The notes under the pieces: model-generated
What the model saw: only the letters and a program-made list of their open reading frames with translations
Databases searched by the model: none
Told to the model about the DNA's origin: nothing
Program-made: the position numbers and the translations under genes
Source: Candidatus Rokuibacteriota bacterium
Lineage (GTDB): Bacteria; Methylomirabilota; Methylomirabilia; Rokubacteriales; CSP1-6
Assembly: GCA_016200085.1 (NCBI GenBank)
Contig: JACQFL010000050.1
Location: 115,088-179,087 of the forward strand
Reading direction: 5' to 3'
Length of the DNA: 64,000 nucleotides
Shown here: in pieces, positions 36,638 through 45,788 of the stretch
Layout of the letters: the number at the start of each line of letters is the position of its first letter
How positions within the stretch are numbered: the stretch's first letter is position 1

Positions 36638-38101
36638 ATGGCCGAAGTCAAGAGCGACCGGAAGCAAGCCCTCGACCTCGCGATCGCCCAGATCGAGCGG
36701 CAGTTCGGCAAGGGCGCGGTCATGCGCCTGGGCTCGGGATCCCCGCTGGAGGAGATCGCTTCCATTCCCACCGGGGCCCTCTCGCTCGACGTGGCCCTCG
36801 GCGTGGGCGGCCTGCCCCGGGGCCGGGTCAGCGAGATCTACGGCCCGGAGTCGTCGGGCAAGACCACCCTGGCCCTGCACGTCATCGCCGAGGCCCAGCG
36901 GCTGGGCGGCGTGGCGGCCTTCATCGACGCCGAGCACGCCCTCGACCCGATCTACGCGAAGAGGCTCGGGGTCAACATCGACGAGCTGCTGATCTCCCAG
37001 CCGGACACCGGCGAGCAGGCGCTCGAGATCGGCGAGACCCTGGTGCGCTCCAACGCCGTCGACGTCATCGTGGTCGACTCGGTGGCCGCCCTCGTGCCCC
37101 GCGCCGAACTGGACGGCGACATGGGCGACTCGCTCCCCGGCCTGCAGGCGCGGCTCATGTCCCAGGCCCTCCGCAAGCTCACCGCCGCCATCTCGCGCTC
37201 GGGCGCCGTCGTCATCTTCATCAACCAGATCCGCGAAAAGATCGGCGTCATGTTCGGGTGCTTTCACTACAGCACCCGCGTCGTCCTCGCCGACGGTCGG
37301 ACGGAGAAGATCGGCAAGATCGTCAACCAGCGGCTGCCGGTCGAGGTGCTGTCCTGGAATCCGGTCACGCGCAGGATCGAGCCGCGGCGTGTCGTGAACT
37401 GGTTCGACAACGGGCGTACCGAGGAGTTCGTCCAGTTCGAGGTCGAGGGAGGGCGCTCCGGTCGACGCTGCTTCGCCGCCACCGAGAACCATCTGATCTT
37501 CACGCCCGGTGGTCCAGTGAAAGCGTGTGATCTGCAGGCGGGTGATCACGTCTTGGTGTCCGTGGAAGACTTCTCACGCGCTGTCCCTGGACGCATCGTC
37601 AAGCGCTACGTCAAGCCCCCGACGCGCTCGATGCACCGGTTCGACATCGAGGTCGAGGGGCACCACACGTACCTGGTCGACGGAGTGGTGGTGCACAACT
37701 CGCCCGAAACCACATCGGGCGGGCGCGCGCTGAAGTTCTACGCCTCCATCCGGCTCGACGTGCGCCGCGTGGAGACGATCAAGCAGGGGACCGAAGCGGT
37801 GGGCGTGCGCACCAAGGTGAAGGTCGTCAAGAACAAGCTGGCGCCGCCGTTCCGCGAGGCGGAGTTCGACGTGATCTACGGCGAGGGCATCTCCAAGTCG
37901 GGCACCGTGCTCGACGCCGGCGTGGAGCAGGGACTCGTGGAGAAGTCCGGCACCTGGTACACGTACAAGGGCGAGCGCATCGGCCAGGGCCGCGAGAACG
38001 CCAAGAAGTGGCTGCAGGAGAACCAGCCGGTGCTCTTCGACCTCGAGGCGAAGCTCCGGGAGGCGCTCGGCCTCCGCGTGCCGGTCCCGCTGAAGGCCTG
38101 A
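36638..38101 (+). CDS. recA: recombinase RecA, interrupted by a mini-intein (precursor 487 aa; predicted spliced product ~340 aa)
   Basis: Walker A ([12 protein letters not shown]), [10 protein letters not shown], and ...KIGVMFG|[intein]|[23 protein letters not shown]. The exteins rejoin to the canonical RecA sequence. Confidence 0.9.
   Translation: MAEVKSDRKQALDLAIAQIERQFGKGAVMRLGSGSPLEEIASIPTGALSLDVALGVGGLPRGRVSEIYGPESSGKTTLALHVIAEAQRLGGVAAFIDAEHALDPIYAKRLGVNIDELLISQPDTGEQALEIGETLVRSNAVDVIVVDSVAALVPRAELDGDMGDSLPGLQARLMSQALRKLTAAISRSGAVVIFINQIREKIGVMFGCFHYSTRVVLADGRTEKIGKIVNQRLPVEVLSWNPVTRRIEPRRVVNWFDNGRTEEFVQFEVEGGRSGRRCFAATENHLIFTPGGPVKACDLQAGDHVLVSVEDFSRAVPGRIVKRYVKPPTRSMHRFDIEVEGHHTYLVDGVVVHNSPETTSGGRALKFYASIRLDVRRVETIKQGTEAVGVRTKVKVVKNKLAPPFREAEFDVIYGEGISKSGTVLDAGVEQGLVEKSGTWYTYKGERIGQGRENAKKWLQENQPVLFDLEAKLREALGLRVPVPLKA
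37259..37699 (+). mobile_element. RecA mini-intein (147 aa, no endonuclease domain) at the RecA-a site
   Basis: Starts [22 protein letters not shown]. Block B is [12 protein letters not shown]. It ends LVDGVVVHN, followed by Ser. Confidence 0.85.
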
Positions 38102-38103
38102 CC

Positions 38104-39273
38104 TTGGACTTCGACAAGCTGCTGACGACCGGCGTCTCCCGTGGCGCGTCCGACTTGCACCTCAAGCCCGACGCCGCGCCCGTGCTGCGCATCCACGGCC
38201 GCCTCGTCCCGCAGCCGGACCTCGGCGCCATCAGCCCGGAGTGGATGGAGTACGTGGCCCGCCGCGTCCTGCCCGAGAAGCTCTACGCCCAGCTCAAGGA
38301 AGGGCGCGAGGTCGACGTGGCCTACACGGTGCCGGCGTACGGCCGCTTCCGCGTGAACTTCTTCCTGGCCAGTCGCGTGATCCGCGCCGTGCTCCGCGCC
38401 ATCCCCGCCGACAAGGCCTCGTTCGAGGCGCTCGGGCTGCCGCCCGTGCTCGAGAAGCTGGTCATGGAGCGCCGCGGCCTGGTCCTCGTCACGGGCATCA
38501 GCGGCGCCGGCAAGTCGACCACGCTGGCCGCCATGATCGACTACATCAACCGCAAGCGGAACGACCACATCGTCACCATCGAAGACCCGATCGAGTTCAC
38601 CCACGACGATCAGAACTGCGTGATCACCCAGCGCGAGATCGGCACGGACTCGCCGGACTTCGCCACCGCGCTCCGCGCGGCGCTCCGCGAGGATCCGGAC
38701 GTCATCCTCGTGGGCGAGATGCGCGACGCCGAGACCATGGGCGTGGCGCTGCACGCCGCCGAGACCGGCCACCTGGTGTTCTCCACGCTGCACACCCTGA
38801 ACGCGATGGAGACGGTCAACCGCATGATCGGGATGTTCCCCGCGCACCAGGAGCAGCAGATCCGCGACCAGCTCGCCGCCGTGCTCCAGGGCATCGTCTC
38901 GCAGCGCCTCGTGCCGCGCGTGGGCGGCGAGAGCCGGGTGCCCGCGGTCGAGGTCATGGTGGGCAGCGCGCTCATCCGCGAGTGCATCCGCGAGTCCAAG
39001 CGCACCCCGGAGATCACCCAGGTCATCGCGGCCGGCCAGGCCGCCTACGGCATGCAGACCTTCGACCAGTCCGTCCTCACGCTCTATCGGGACGGAATCA
39101 TCGCCTACGAGACAGCGCTCGAGACGGCGACGAGCCCGGACGACTTCGCCCGCAGGGTGCGCGGCATCTTCTCGTCGTCCGAGATGGGCTTCGACCAGGG
39201 CGACAAGAAGCAGGAGGAGCGCCCCGCCGAGGTGCTCCGCACGCCCGCCACGCGTCCGTTCTCGCGGACGTAG
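38104..39273 (+). CDS. pilT: type IV pilus twitching-motility ATPase PilT/PilU family
   Basis: ASDLHLKPDAAPVLRIHG, Walker A (GISGAGKSTTLAAM) and a GEMRD Asp box. The start is inferred as TTG 38104 (or CTG 38098), immediately after the recA stop. Confidence 0.8.
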   Translation: MDFDKLLTTGVSRGASDLHLKPDAAPVLRIHGRLVPQPDLGAISPEWMEYVARRVLPEKLYAQLKEGREVDVAYTVPAYGRFRVNFFLASRVIRAVLRAIPADKASFEALGLPPVLEKLVMERRGLVLVTGISGAGKSTTLAAMIDYINRKRNDHIVTIEDPIEFTHDDQNCVITQREIGTDSPDFATALRAALREDPDVILVGEMRDAETMGVALHAAETGHLVFSTLHTLNAMETVNRMIGMFPAHQEQQIRDQLAAVLQGIVSQRLVPRVGGESRVPAVEVMVGSALIRECIRESKRTPEITQVIAAGQAAYGMQTFDQSVLTLYRDGIIAYETALETATSPDDFARRVRGIFSSSEMGFDQGDKKQEERPAEVLRTPATRPFSRT

Positions 39274-39384
39274 CCTCGGATCGCGCCCGCGCCTCCGCGA
39301 GTCCTCGACCTCCGCGCCGCCCGGCTCGTCGCCGCCGACCTGCTCTCGCGTCACGCCTGGACGCGCGCCACGCTCGCTGCCCGC

Positions 39385-39771
39385 ATGCGCCGTCGCGGCG
39401 CTCCGGGGGACGTCGCCGACGAGGTCGCCGCCGACATGGTGGCGCGCGGCCACGTGGACGACGGCGCCTTCGCGCGCGCGTGGGTCGAGACCCGCGCCGC
39501 ACGCTACGGCCCGGCGCGCCTGCGCGCGGAGCTCCGGGCCAAGGGCGTGGCCGGGCCGTTGATCGAGGCCGCGCTGGCCGCCGCCACGGGCGAGCGCCAG
39601 CTCGAGCAGGCCCGGGCGCTGGCGCGCCGGCGGCTCGCCGCGCTCCGGCGCGCCGGCCCGGACCGCGCGGCGGCGCGCCTGCGCGACCACCTGCTGCGGC
39701 GAGGCTATCCGCCGTCGGTGGTGGGGCGCGTTCTCAAGGAGGTCCTTCCCGGGCTGCGGGAGGAAGGCTGA
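39385..39771 (+). CDS. recX: recombination regulator RecX (N-terminus probably extends upstream to ~39280 with a non-canonical start)
   Basis: MRRRGAPGDVADEVAADMVARGHVDDGAFARAWVE...LRAKGVAGPLIEAAL shows RecX helical repeats. The in-frame upstream VLDLRAARLVAADLLSRHAWTRATLAAR is also RecX-like but has no ATG/GTG/TTG. Confidence 0.7.
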   Translation: MRRRGAPGDVADEVAADMVARGHVDDGAFARAWVETRAARYGPARLRAELRAKGVAGPLIEAALAAATGERQLEQARALARRRLAALRRAGPDRAAARLRDHLLRRGYPPSVVGRVLKEVLPGLREEG

Positions 39772-39800
39772 CCCAGACCGGGTGATACAATGACATTTCC

Positions 39801-42503
39801 ATGACCGGCGCCGAGCTACGCGACGCATTCCTGCGATACTTCGAGCGAAACGGCCACGCGAGGGTCGCCTCGTCGCCCCTCGTGCCTGCCGGCGATCCGA
39901 CCCTTCTCTTCACCAGCGCCGGCATGGTCCAGTTCAAGGGCGTGTTCCTGGGCGAGGACCGGCGCGACTACGTGCGGGCGACCACGTGCCAGAAATGCGT
40001 GCGGGCCGGCGGCAAGCACAATGACCTCGAGAACGTGGGACGCACCGCGCGGCACCACACGTTCTTCGAGATGCTCGGGAACTTCTCCTTCGGCGACTAC
40101 TTCAAGGCCGAGGCCGTCCGCTTCGCCTGGGAGTTCCTCACGCGCGACCTCGCCATCGACCAGGCGCGGCTGAAGGCGACCGTGTTCACCGACGACGACG
40201 ACGCCTTCGGGCTCTGGAAGACGATCGCCGGCCTGTCCGACGACCGGATCCTCCGGCTGGGCGAGAAGGACAACTTCTGGGCCATGGGCGACACGGGCCC
40301 CTGCGGGCCCTGCTCCGAGGTCCACTTCCATCAGGGCGACGACCTGCCGTGCGCCGAGGAGGCCGCCGGGCGCGCGTGCCTGGGGCCCGCGTGCGAGTGC
40401 GACCGCTGGCTCGAGATCTGGAACCTCGTCTTCATGCAGTTCAACCGTGACGCCCAGGGGGTCATGACGCCGCTGCCGCGGCCGTCGATCGACACCGGGA
40501 TGGGCCTCGAGCGGATTGCCGCCGTCATCCAGGGCAAGCGGTCGAACTACGATACGGATCTCCTCGCCCCCCTCATCCGCCGGACGGCCGAGCTCGCGGG
40601 CAAGGCGTACGGGCGCGACGAGGAGGACGACGTCTCCATGCGCGTGATCGCTGATCACGCGCGGGCGGCCACCTTCCTGATCGCCGACGGGGTGTTCCCG
40701 TCCAACGAGTGGCGCGGCTACGTCCTGCGCCGGATCATGCGCCGGGCCATGCGCCACGGCCGCCGCCTCGGGCTCGCGGAGCCGTTCCTCTGGACGACCG
40801 TCGCCTGGGTCGGTGACGTCATGGGCGAGGCCTACCCGGAGATCGGGGAGGACCAGGCTCGGCTGCGCGACACCGTGCGCCAGGAAGAGGAGCGCTTCGC
40901 CGAGACCCTCGACGCCGGCATGGCCAAGCTCGAAGAGTATCTCGGCTCGCCCGACGCCGCAGCGCGGGCGCACGCCGAGGTCCATGGGGAGAGGGGTCAA
41001 GGACGCGTCGTCGACGGCAAATTCCTGTTCACGCTCTACGACACGTACGGATTTCCCCGGGATCTGGCCGAAGATGTGTTGACCGATAAGGGCTGGGTGG
41101 TTACCGACGAGACCGAAGCCACGTGGACCGCGGAGATGGAAGCCCAGCGCCAGCGGGCGCGCGCGGGCGCGGCCTTCGCCGCCGACGAGGGCGAGCCGGG
41201 CACGGTCGGGCTCTACCAGCGGCTGTCCGACGAGATCGGCGCCGTCACCTTCGTCGGCTACGAGACCCTGACCACGCCGGCGCGCGTGCTGGCGATGGTG
41301 AAGGGGACCGAGCGCGTGCGCGACGCGGCCCAGGGCGACGAGGTCGAGGTGATCCTCGACCGGACGCCCGCCTACGCCGAATCCGGTGGTCAGATGGGCG
41401 ACACGGGCAGCCTCATCGGCCGCCAGGGCCGCGGCGAGATCGTGGACACGTACTACCGCGGCTCCAGGCTCATCGTCCATCGCGTGCGCGTCACCTCGGG
41501 CGGCTTCCACGAGAACGAGGACGTCGCGGCCACGGTGGAGTCGCCGCGCCGGATGGGGCTGCGCCAGCATCACACCGGCACCCACCTCCTCCACGCCGCC
41601 CTCAGGAGGATCCTCGGCAGCCACGTCGCCCAGGCGGGCTCGCTGGTGGCGCCCGACCACCTCCGCTTCGACTTCTCGCACGGCGCCTCCATGAAGGACC
41701 GCGAGGTCGAGCAGATCGAGGAGCTGGTCAACGAGCAGGTCCAGGCCAACACCGCCGTCACCCACACCGAGATGGACCTCAAGGAGGCGCTCGCCGGGGG
41801 CGCCATGGCGCTCTTCGGCGAGAAGTACGGCGAGCGCGTGCGGGTGGTGCGCATCGGCGACTTCTCGACCGAGCTCTGCGGCGGCACCCATCTCGACGCC
41901 ACCGGCCAGCTCGGCTTCTTCAAGGTCGACGCCGAGGGCGCGGTGGCCGCGGGGGTCCGCCGGATCGAGGCCGTGGCCGGCACGGCCGCCGTCGCAGCGG
42001 TCGCGCGCCAGGAGCGGGTGCTGAAGCAGGTCGGCGAGATCCTCAAGACCGCGCCCGCGGAGGCGCCGCAGCGCCTGCGCCAGCTGCTGGAGGAGCGCCG
42101 GACCCTCGAGAGGCAGCTGGAGGCGCTCGAGGCCCGCCTGGTGCGCTCGCGCGCCGAAGACCTCGTGGCCGGCGCCCGCCAGATCGGCGGCGTGGCGGTG
42201 GTGGCCGCGCGCGTGGACGGCCTCGACGCCGACGGGCTGCGTGCGATGGTGGATACTCTCCGGGACCGGCTCGGCTCGGGCGTGGTCTGCGTCGGCGGCG
42301 CCGTCGACGGCAAGGTCAGCATCGTGGCCGCGGTCACCAAGGACCTGACCAAGCGCTTCCACGCCGGGAAGATCGTCCAGGAGGTCGCGCGGGCCGCCGG
42401 CGGCAGCGGCGGGGGCCGTCCCGACCTGGCGCAGGCCGGCGCCAAGGATGCCTCGACGCTCGACGCCGCTCTGGACAAGGTCTACAGCCTCGTCGCAGGG
42501 TGA
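39801..42503 (+). CDS. alaS: alanine--tRNA ligase
   Basis: 900 aa. FTSAGMVQFKGVFLGE, HHTFFEMLGNFSFGDYFK and a C-terminal DHHA1 region. A TACAAT box lies 10 nt upstream of the ATG. Confidence 0.9.
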   Translation: MTGAELRDAFLRYFERNGHARVASSPLVPAGDPTLLFTSAGMVQFKGVFLGEDRRDYVRATTCQKCVRAGGKHNDLENVGRTARHHTFFEMLGNFSFGDYFKAEAVRFAWEFLTRDLAIDQARLKATVFTDDDDAFGLWKTIAGLSDDRILRLGEKDNFWAMGDTGPCGPCSEVHFHQGDDLPCAEEAAGRACLGPACECDRWLEIWNLVFMQFNRDAQGVMTPLPRPSIDTGMGLERIAAVIQGKRSNYDTDLLAPLIRRTAELAGKAYGRDEEDDVSMRVIADHARAATFLIADGVFPSNEWRGYVLRRIMRRAMRHGRRLGLAEPFLWTTVAWVGDVMGEAYPEIGEDQARLRDTVRQEEERFAETLDAGMAKLEEYLGSPDAAARAHAEVHGERGQGRVVDGKFLFTLYDTYGFPRDLAEDVLTDKGWVVTDETEATWTAEMEAQRQRARAGAAFAADEGEPGTVGLYQRLSDEIGAVTFVGYETLTTPARVLAMVKGTERVRDAAQGDEVEVILDRTPAYAESGGQMGDTGSLIGRQGRGEIVDTYYRGSRLIVHRVRVTSGGFHENEDVAATVESPRRMGLRQHHTGTHLLHAALRRILGSHVAQAGSLVAPDHLRFDFSHGASMKDREVEQIEELVNEQVQANTAVTHTEMDLKEALAGGAMALFGEKYGERVRVVRIGDFSTELCGGTHLDATGQLGFFKVDAEGAVAAGVRRIEAVAGTAAVAAVARQERVLKQVGEILKTAPAEAPQRLRQLLEERRTLERQLEALEARLVRSRAEDLVAGARQIGGVAVVAARVDGLDADGLRAMVDTLRDRLGSGVVCVGGAVDGKVSIVAAVTKDLTKRFHAGKIVQEVARAAGGSGGGRPDLAQAGAKDASTLDAALDKVYSLVAG

Positions 42504-42673
42504 GGGCGACGCGGGTTGGGGGCGTCTTCAACCCTGTTTGCTAAGATGGTCGCGGTGACGACGGCAAATCTTGCCGCCTCCGGCGTGGGAACCACCAGCC
42601 CGGGCACCGCTTTGGTGCCGCGCCTGCCGATTGCTCTGGAAGGACCCGCCTGTCCGCGGGCGCCGAGGAGACC

Positions 42674-43354
42674 ATGAGCGACGCGTTGGGACGCATCCTG
42701 ATCGTGGACGACGAGACACCGGTGGTCGAGGTGCTGAGCGAGTACTTCACCTCGCAGGGCTACAAGGTGGAGACGGCGCCCAACGGCGCCGATGCGCTCA
42801 ACGCCGTCCGCCACGAGCGGCCGGATCTCGTCCTGCTCGACATCCGCATGCCCGGCATGGACGGCGTCGAGGTGCTGCGGCGGCTGCGCGATCTCGACAG
42901 CAGCATCGCGGTGATCATGGTCACGGCCAACGAGGACGTGGCGCTGGCGCGGGAGACGCTCAAGATCGGCGCCTTCGACTACGTCGCCAAGCCCTTCGAC
43001 TTCCGGTACCTCGATCGGGCGGTGGCCGCGGGCCTCCTGCAGGCCGAGACGCCCATGGCCTTCGGGACCGCGCCCACCGACAACGACGACGATCCCTGGC
43101 GCCGGCTCGCGGTGCGCATCTTCCGCGCCGTGCGCGGCATGACCCTCCAGGGGCGGGCGGCCACGGGCGAGCGCCTCGAGAACGCCGTGCTGGCCGGCGC
43201 GCGCGACGCCAGCAACGGCCATCCCGGGGGCGCCGTCCAGCACCTCAACGAGGTCGCCCTCCTCGTCGGGATCGCCGCCGATCTCGGGGACATCCGCATG
43301 ACGGCGCGCTCGGAGATCGAGGCGGCCCTCGCGGCCGTGCGCAAGGCGCTGTAA
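42674..43354 (+). CDS. response regulator (CheY-like receiver plus uncharacterised C-terminal domain)
   Basis: ILIVDDETPVVEVL...DLVLLDIRMPGMDGVEVLRRL is a receiver domain with the phospho-acceptor Asp. The ~100-aa C-terminal domain has no obvious HTH. Confidence 0.7.
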   Translation: MSDALGRILIVDDETPVVEVLSEYFTSQGYKVETAPNGADALNAVRHERPDLVLLDIRMPGMDGVEVLRRLRDLDSSIAVIMVTANEDVALARETLKIGAFDYVAKPFDFRYLDRAVAAGLLQAETPMAFGTAPTDNDDDPWRRLAVRIFRAVRGMTLQGRAATGERLENAVLAGARDASNGHPGGAVQHLNEVALLVGIAADLGDIRMTARSEIEAALAAVRKAL

Positions 43355-43441
43355 TCACTCGAAGGGGGCTTCGACGGCCCCCTCCGAGCCGCCCCCACCG
43401 AACCGTTGCGCCGGCAAAGCCGGCGCTCGAACCTCGAGGGC

Positions 43442-44488
43442 ATGGCGTTGCGACGAAGAGTCATCGGTGCGCTCATAGGCATCGTCATGCTCGGCGCGGG
43501 GTGTGTGTCGGTGGGGGGCGCGGTGCCGGGAGCGCCCGCGCATCATCGGGAGCGGGGCTTCGCCAATCCCGGGGGCCCCACGAGCAGCGCGACGGCGTGG
43601 ACGCGCGTGTCGTTCTTCGTGCGGCGCGTGCTCGCCAGCACCTTCATGCCCCAGCACGCCGACCTGCCCGTGGCGGCCAACGACGGGCGCCGGCTGCGGC
43701 AGGTGGCCGGCGCGCCGACCCTGACCTGGGTGGGGCACTCGACCCTGCTGATCCAGCTCGACGGCGTCAACGTCCTCACGGATCCTCAGTGGTCCGCGCG
43801 TGCCAGCCCGGTGTCCTTCGGCGGGCCGCGCCGCGTGACGCGGCCCGGGCTCGCCTTCGACGACCTGCCGCCCGTCCACGTCGTGGTGATCTCGCACGAC
43901 CACTACGATCACCTCGACGTCGCCACGGTCCGCCGCCTGGCCGCCGCGCATCACCCGCGCTTCCTCGTCCCGCTGGGGCTCAAGGCGTGGTTCGCCGAGC
44001 TCGGGATCACCGACGTCGAGGAGCTGGACTGGTGGAACGCGCGGACGATCCAGGAGCTGACCTTCACCTGCGTGCCCGCGCATCACTTCTCGGGCCGCAC
44101 CCTCCGGGACCGCAACCGCCGGCTGTGGAGCGGCTGGACCATCGCCGGCCGCGCGCGGCGCCTCTACTTCGCCGGCGACACCGCCTACTTCGCCGGCTTC
44201 GCGGAGATCGGCCGGCGCCTCGGTCCGTTCGACGTCGCCGCGCTGCCGATCGGCACCTACCTGCCGCCGGTGATCATGAAGGCGAGCCACACCACGCCCC
44301 AGGAGGCGCTCGACGCCTTCCGCGACGTCGGCGGGCGCGTCCTCGTGCCCATCCACTGGGGAACCTTCGACCTCGCCGACGAGCCGCTCGAGGAGCCGCC
44401 GAAGCTCCTCGAGACCTTCGCCCGCCGCCGCGGCCTCGGCGCCGAGCGGGTGTGGATCCTTCGCCACGGCGAGACGCGCGAGTGGTGA
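43442..44488 (+). CDS. MBL-fold metallo-hydrolase lipoprotein (NAPE-PLD-like / PF12706-like)
   Basis: A lipobox (MLGAGC) and HDHYDHLD metal-binding motifs. 348 aa. Confidence 0.7.
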   Translation: MALRRRVIGALIGIVMLGAGCVSVGGAVPGAPAHHRERGFANPGGPTSSATAWTRVSFFVRRVLASTFMPQHADLPVAANDGRRLRQVAGAPTLTWVGHSTLLIQLDGVNVLTDPQWSARASPVSFGGPRRVTRPGLAFDDLPPVHVVVISHDHYDHLDVATVRRLAAAHHPRFLVPLGLKAWFAELGITDVEELDWWNARTIQELTFTCVPAHHFSGRTLRDRNRRLWSGWTIAGRARRLYFAGDTAYFAGFAEIGRRLGPFDVAALPIGTYLPPVIMKASHTTPQEALDAFRDVGGRVLVPIHWGTFDLADEPLEEPPKLLETFARRRGLGAERVWILRHGETREW

Positions 44489-44495
44489 CGTTCAG

Positions 44496-45659
44496 CTACA
44501 CGCGCTCGAGCAGGAGGCCCTTCAGGTAGCCGGTCTCGGGAACGGTGAGGAGCACCGGGTGATCCGCGGCCTGGCCGAGCGTGGCCAGGGTGCGGAGCCT
44601 GAGGCCGGCGTCACCCGCCGCCTCGCGGCAGATCGCCTCGAACCGCGCCTCGGTGACGTGGTGAGAGCACGAGAAGGTCGCCAGCAGCCCGCCGGGCGGC
44701 AGCAGCCGCATCGATCGCAGATTGATCTCCTTGTAGCCGCGCGCCGCCGCCTCGACGGCCGCGCGGCCGCGCGTGAACGGCGGCGGGTCGAGCACGATCA
44801 AGTCGAACCGCGCGCGCTCGCGCTCCAGCCGCCGGAGCTCGTCGAAGGCGTTGGCGTCGACGAGCCGGGCGCGGTCGGCGACGCCGTTGAGCGCCAGGTT
44901 CTCCCGGGCGCCCGCGAGGGCCTCGGCCGAGGTCTCGATGCCGACGGCCTCACGCGCGCCCGCCACGAGGGCCGCACAGGCGAAGCCCGCCGTGTAGCAG
45001 AAGGCGTCGAGCACGCGACGTCCGGCGGCGAGCGCGGCGACCCGGGCGCGGTTCTCGCGCTGGTCGAGGTAGTGCCCGGTCTTGTGGCCGCCGCCGAGCC
45101 GGACGCGGAAGGTGACCGGGCCCTCCCGCACGTCCACGGCCGCAGGCCCTTCGCGGCCGACCCAGCCGCGCGCGGGCTCGAAGCCCTCCAGCCGCGCCGC
45201 CGTCGCGTCGTCGGCAAGGAGCACCGGCAGATCCCCGACGACCCGGCGGAGGGCGGCGACCAGCGTGGCCCGGGCCCCGGCCGTGCCGAGGGTGAGGCTC
45301 TGGAGCACGAGGACGTCCGTGAAGCGGTCGACGACGAGGCCCGGTAGACCGTCGGCCTCGCTCCAGACCAGCCGGGCCAGGGCGGGGTCGGGCCGGCGGG
45401 CGACCGCCGCGGCGATGCGCCGGGCGAAGAAAGCCTCGTCGAGGGCCTCGTCGTCCCAGGTCGCGAGCCGGCAGCAGAGCGCCGGGCGCGGGTTGAAGAA
45501 GCCACGGCCCACGAAGTGCCCGGCGAAGTCGACGACGGTCACGGCCTCGCCGGGCTCGACGGCGCCGATCTCCGCGACGTCGCCCTTGAAGAGCCACGGG
45601 TGCACCCGGGCTCGCGCCTCGCGCCCCTTCTTCAGCCTGAGCACCCCACCGCGCATGCG
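44496..45659 (-). CDS. class I SAM-dependent rRNA methyltransferase, RlmI/RlmK-like (PUA plus MTase)
   Basis: An N-terminal PUA-like domain (LRLKKGREARARVHPWLFKGDV) and a C-terminal MTase domain (VLDAFCYTAGFA...LIVLDPPPF). The start is taken at the internal ATG (MRGGVLRL). The ORF-track extension to 45788 covers the repeat element. Confidence 0.7.
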   Translation of the reverse strand, partial: RMRGGVLRLKKGREARARVHPWLFKGDVAEIGAVEPGEAVTVVDFAGHFVGRGFFNPRPALCCRLATWDDEALDEAFFARRIAAAVARRPDPALARLVWSEADGLPGLVVDRFTDVLVLQSLTLGTAGARATLVAALRRVVGDLPVLLADDATAARLEGFEPARGWVGREGPAAVDVREGPVTFRVRLGGGHKTGHYLDQRENRARVAALAAGRRVLDAFCYTAGFACAALVAGAREAVGIETSAEALAGARENLALNGVADRARLVDANAFDELRRLERERARFDLIVLDPPPFTRGRAAVEAAARGYKEINLRSMRLLPPGGLLATFSCSHHVTEARFEAICREAAGDAGLRLRTLATLGQAADHPVLLTVPETGYLKGLLLERV

Positions 45660-45715
45660 GGTGAGCTTAACGCGACCGCCGAGAGCTCCGAGCGTCGGGG
45701 GTCTGGGGAACGAGC

Positions 45716-45781
45716 AGCGCCCTGGGTTTCCCAGGGCGCTTGCGAGCGTTGGGGGGTCTGGGGGGCGCCCGGAGCCCCCCA
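45716..45781. repeat. GC-rich double-hairpin intergenic element, copy 2 (copy 1 at 9749..9813)
   Basis: Hairpin agcgccctgggtttcccagggcgct, then gagcgttggggggtctggggggcgcccggagcccccca. A partial copy (gagcgtcgggggtctgggg) lies at 45689..45707. Confidence 0.7.
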
Positions 45782-45788
45782 GCCTCAA

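Noticed and set aside
42504-42545. Possible intrinsic terminator after alaS (gacgcgggttgggggcgtc hairpin)
   Set aside because: The stem is short (5 bp), the loop long, and there is no convincing U-tract. It is too weak to call.
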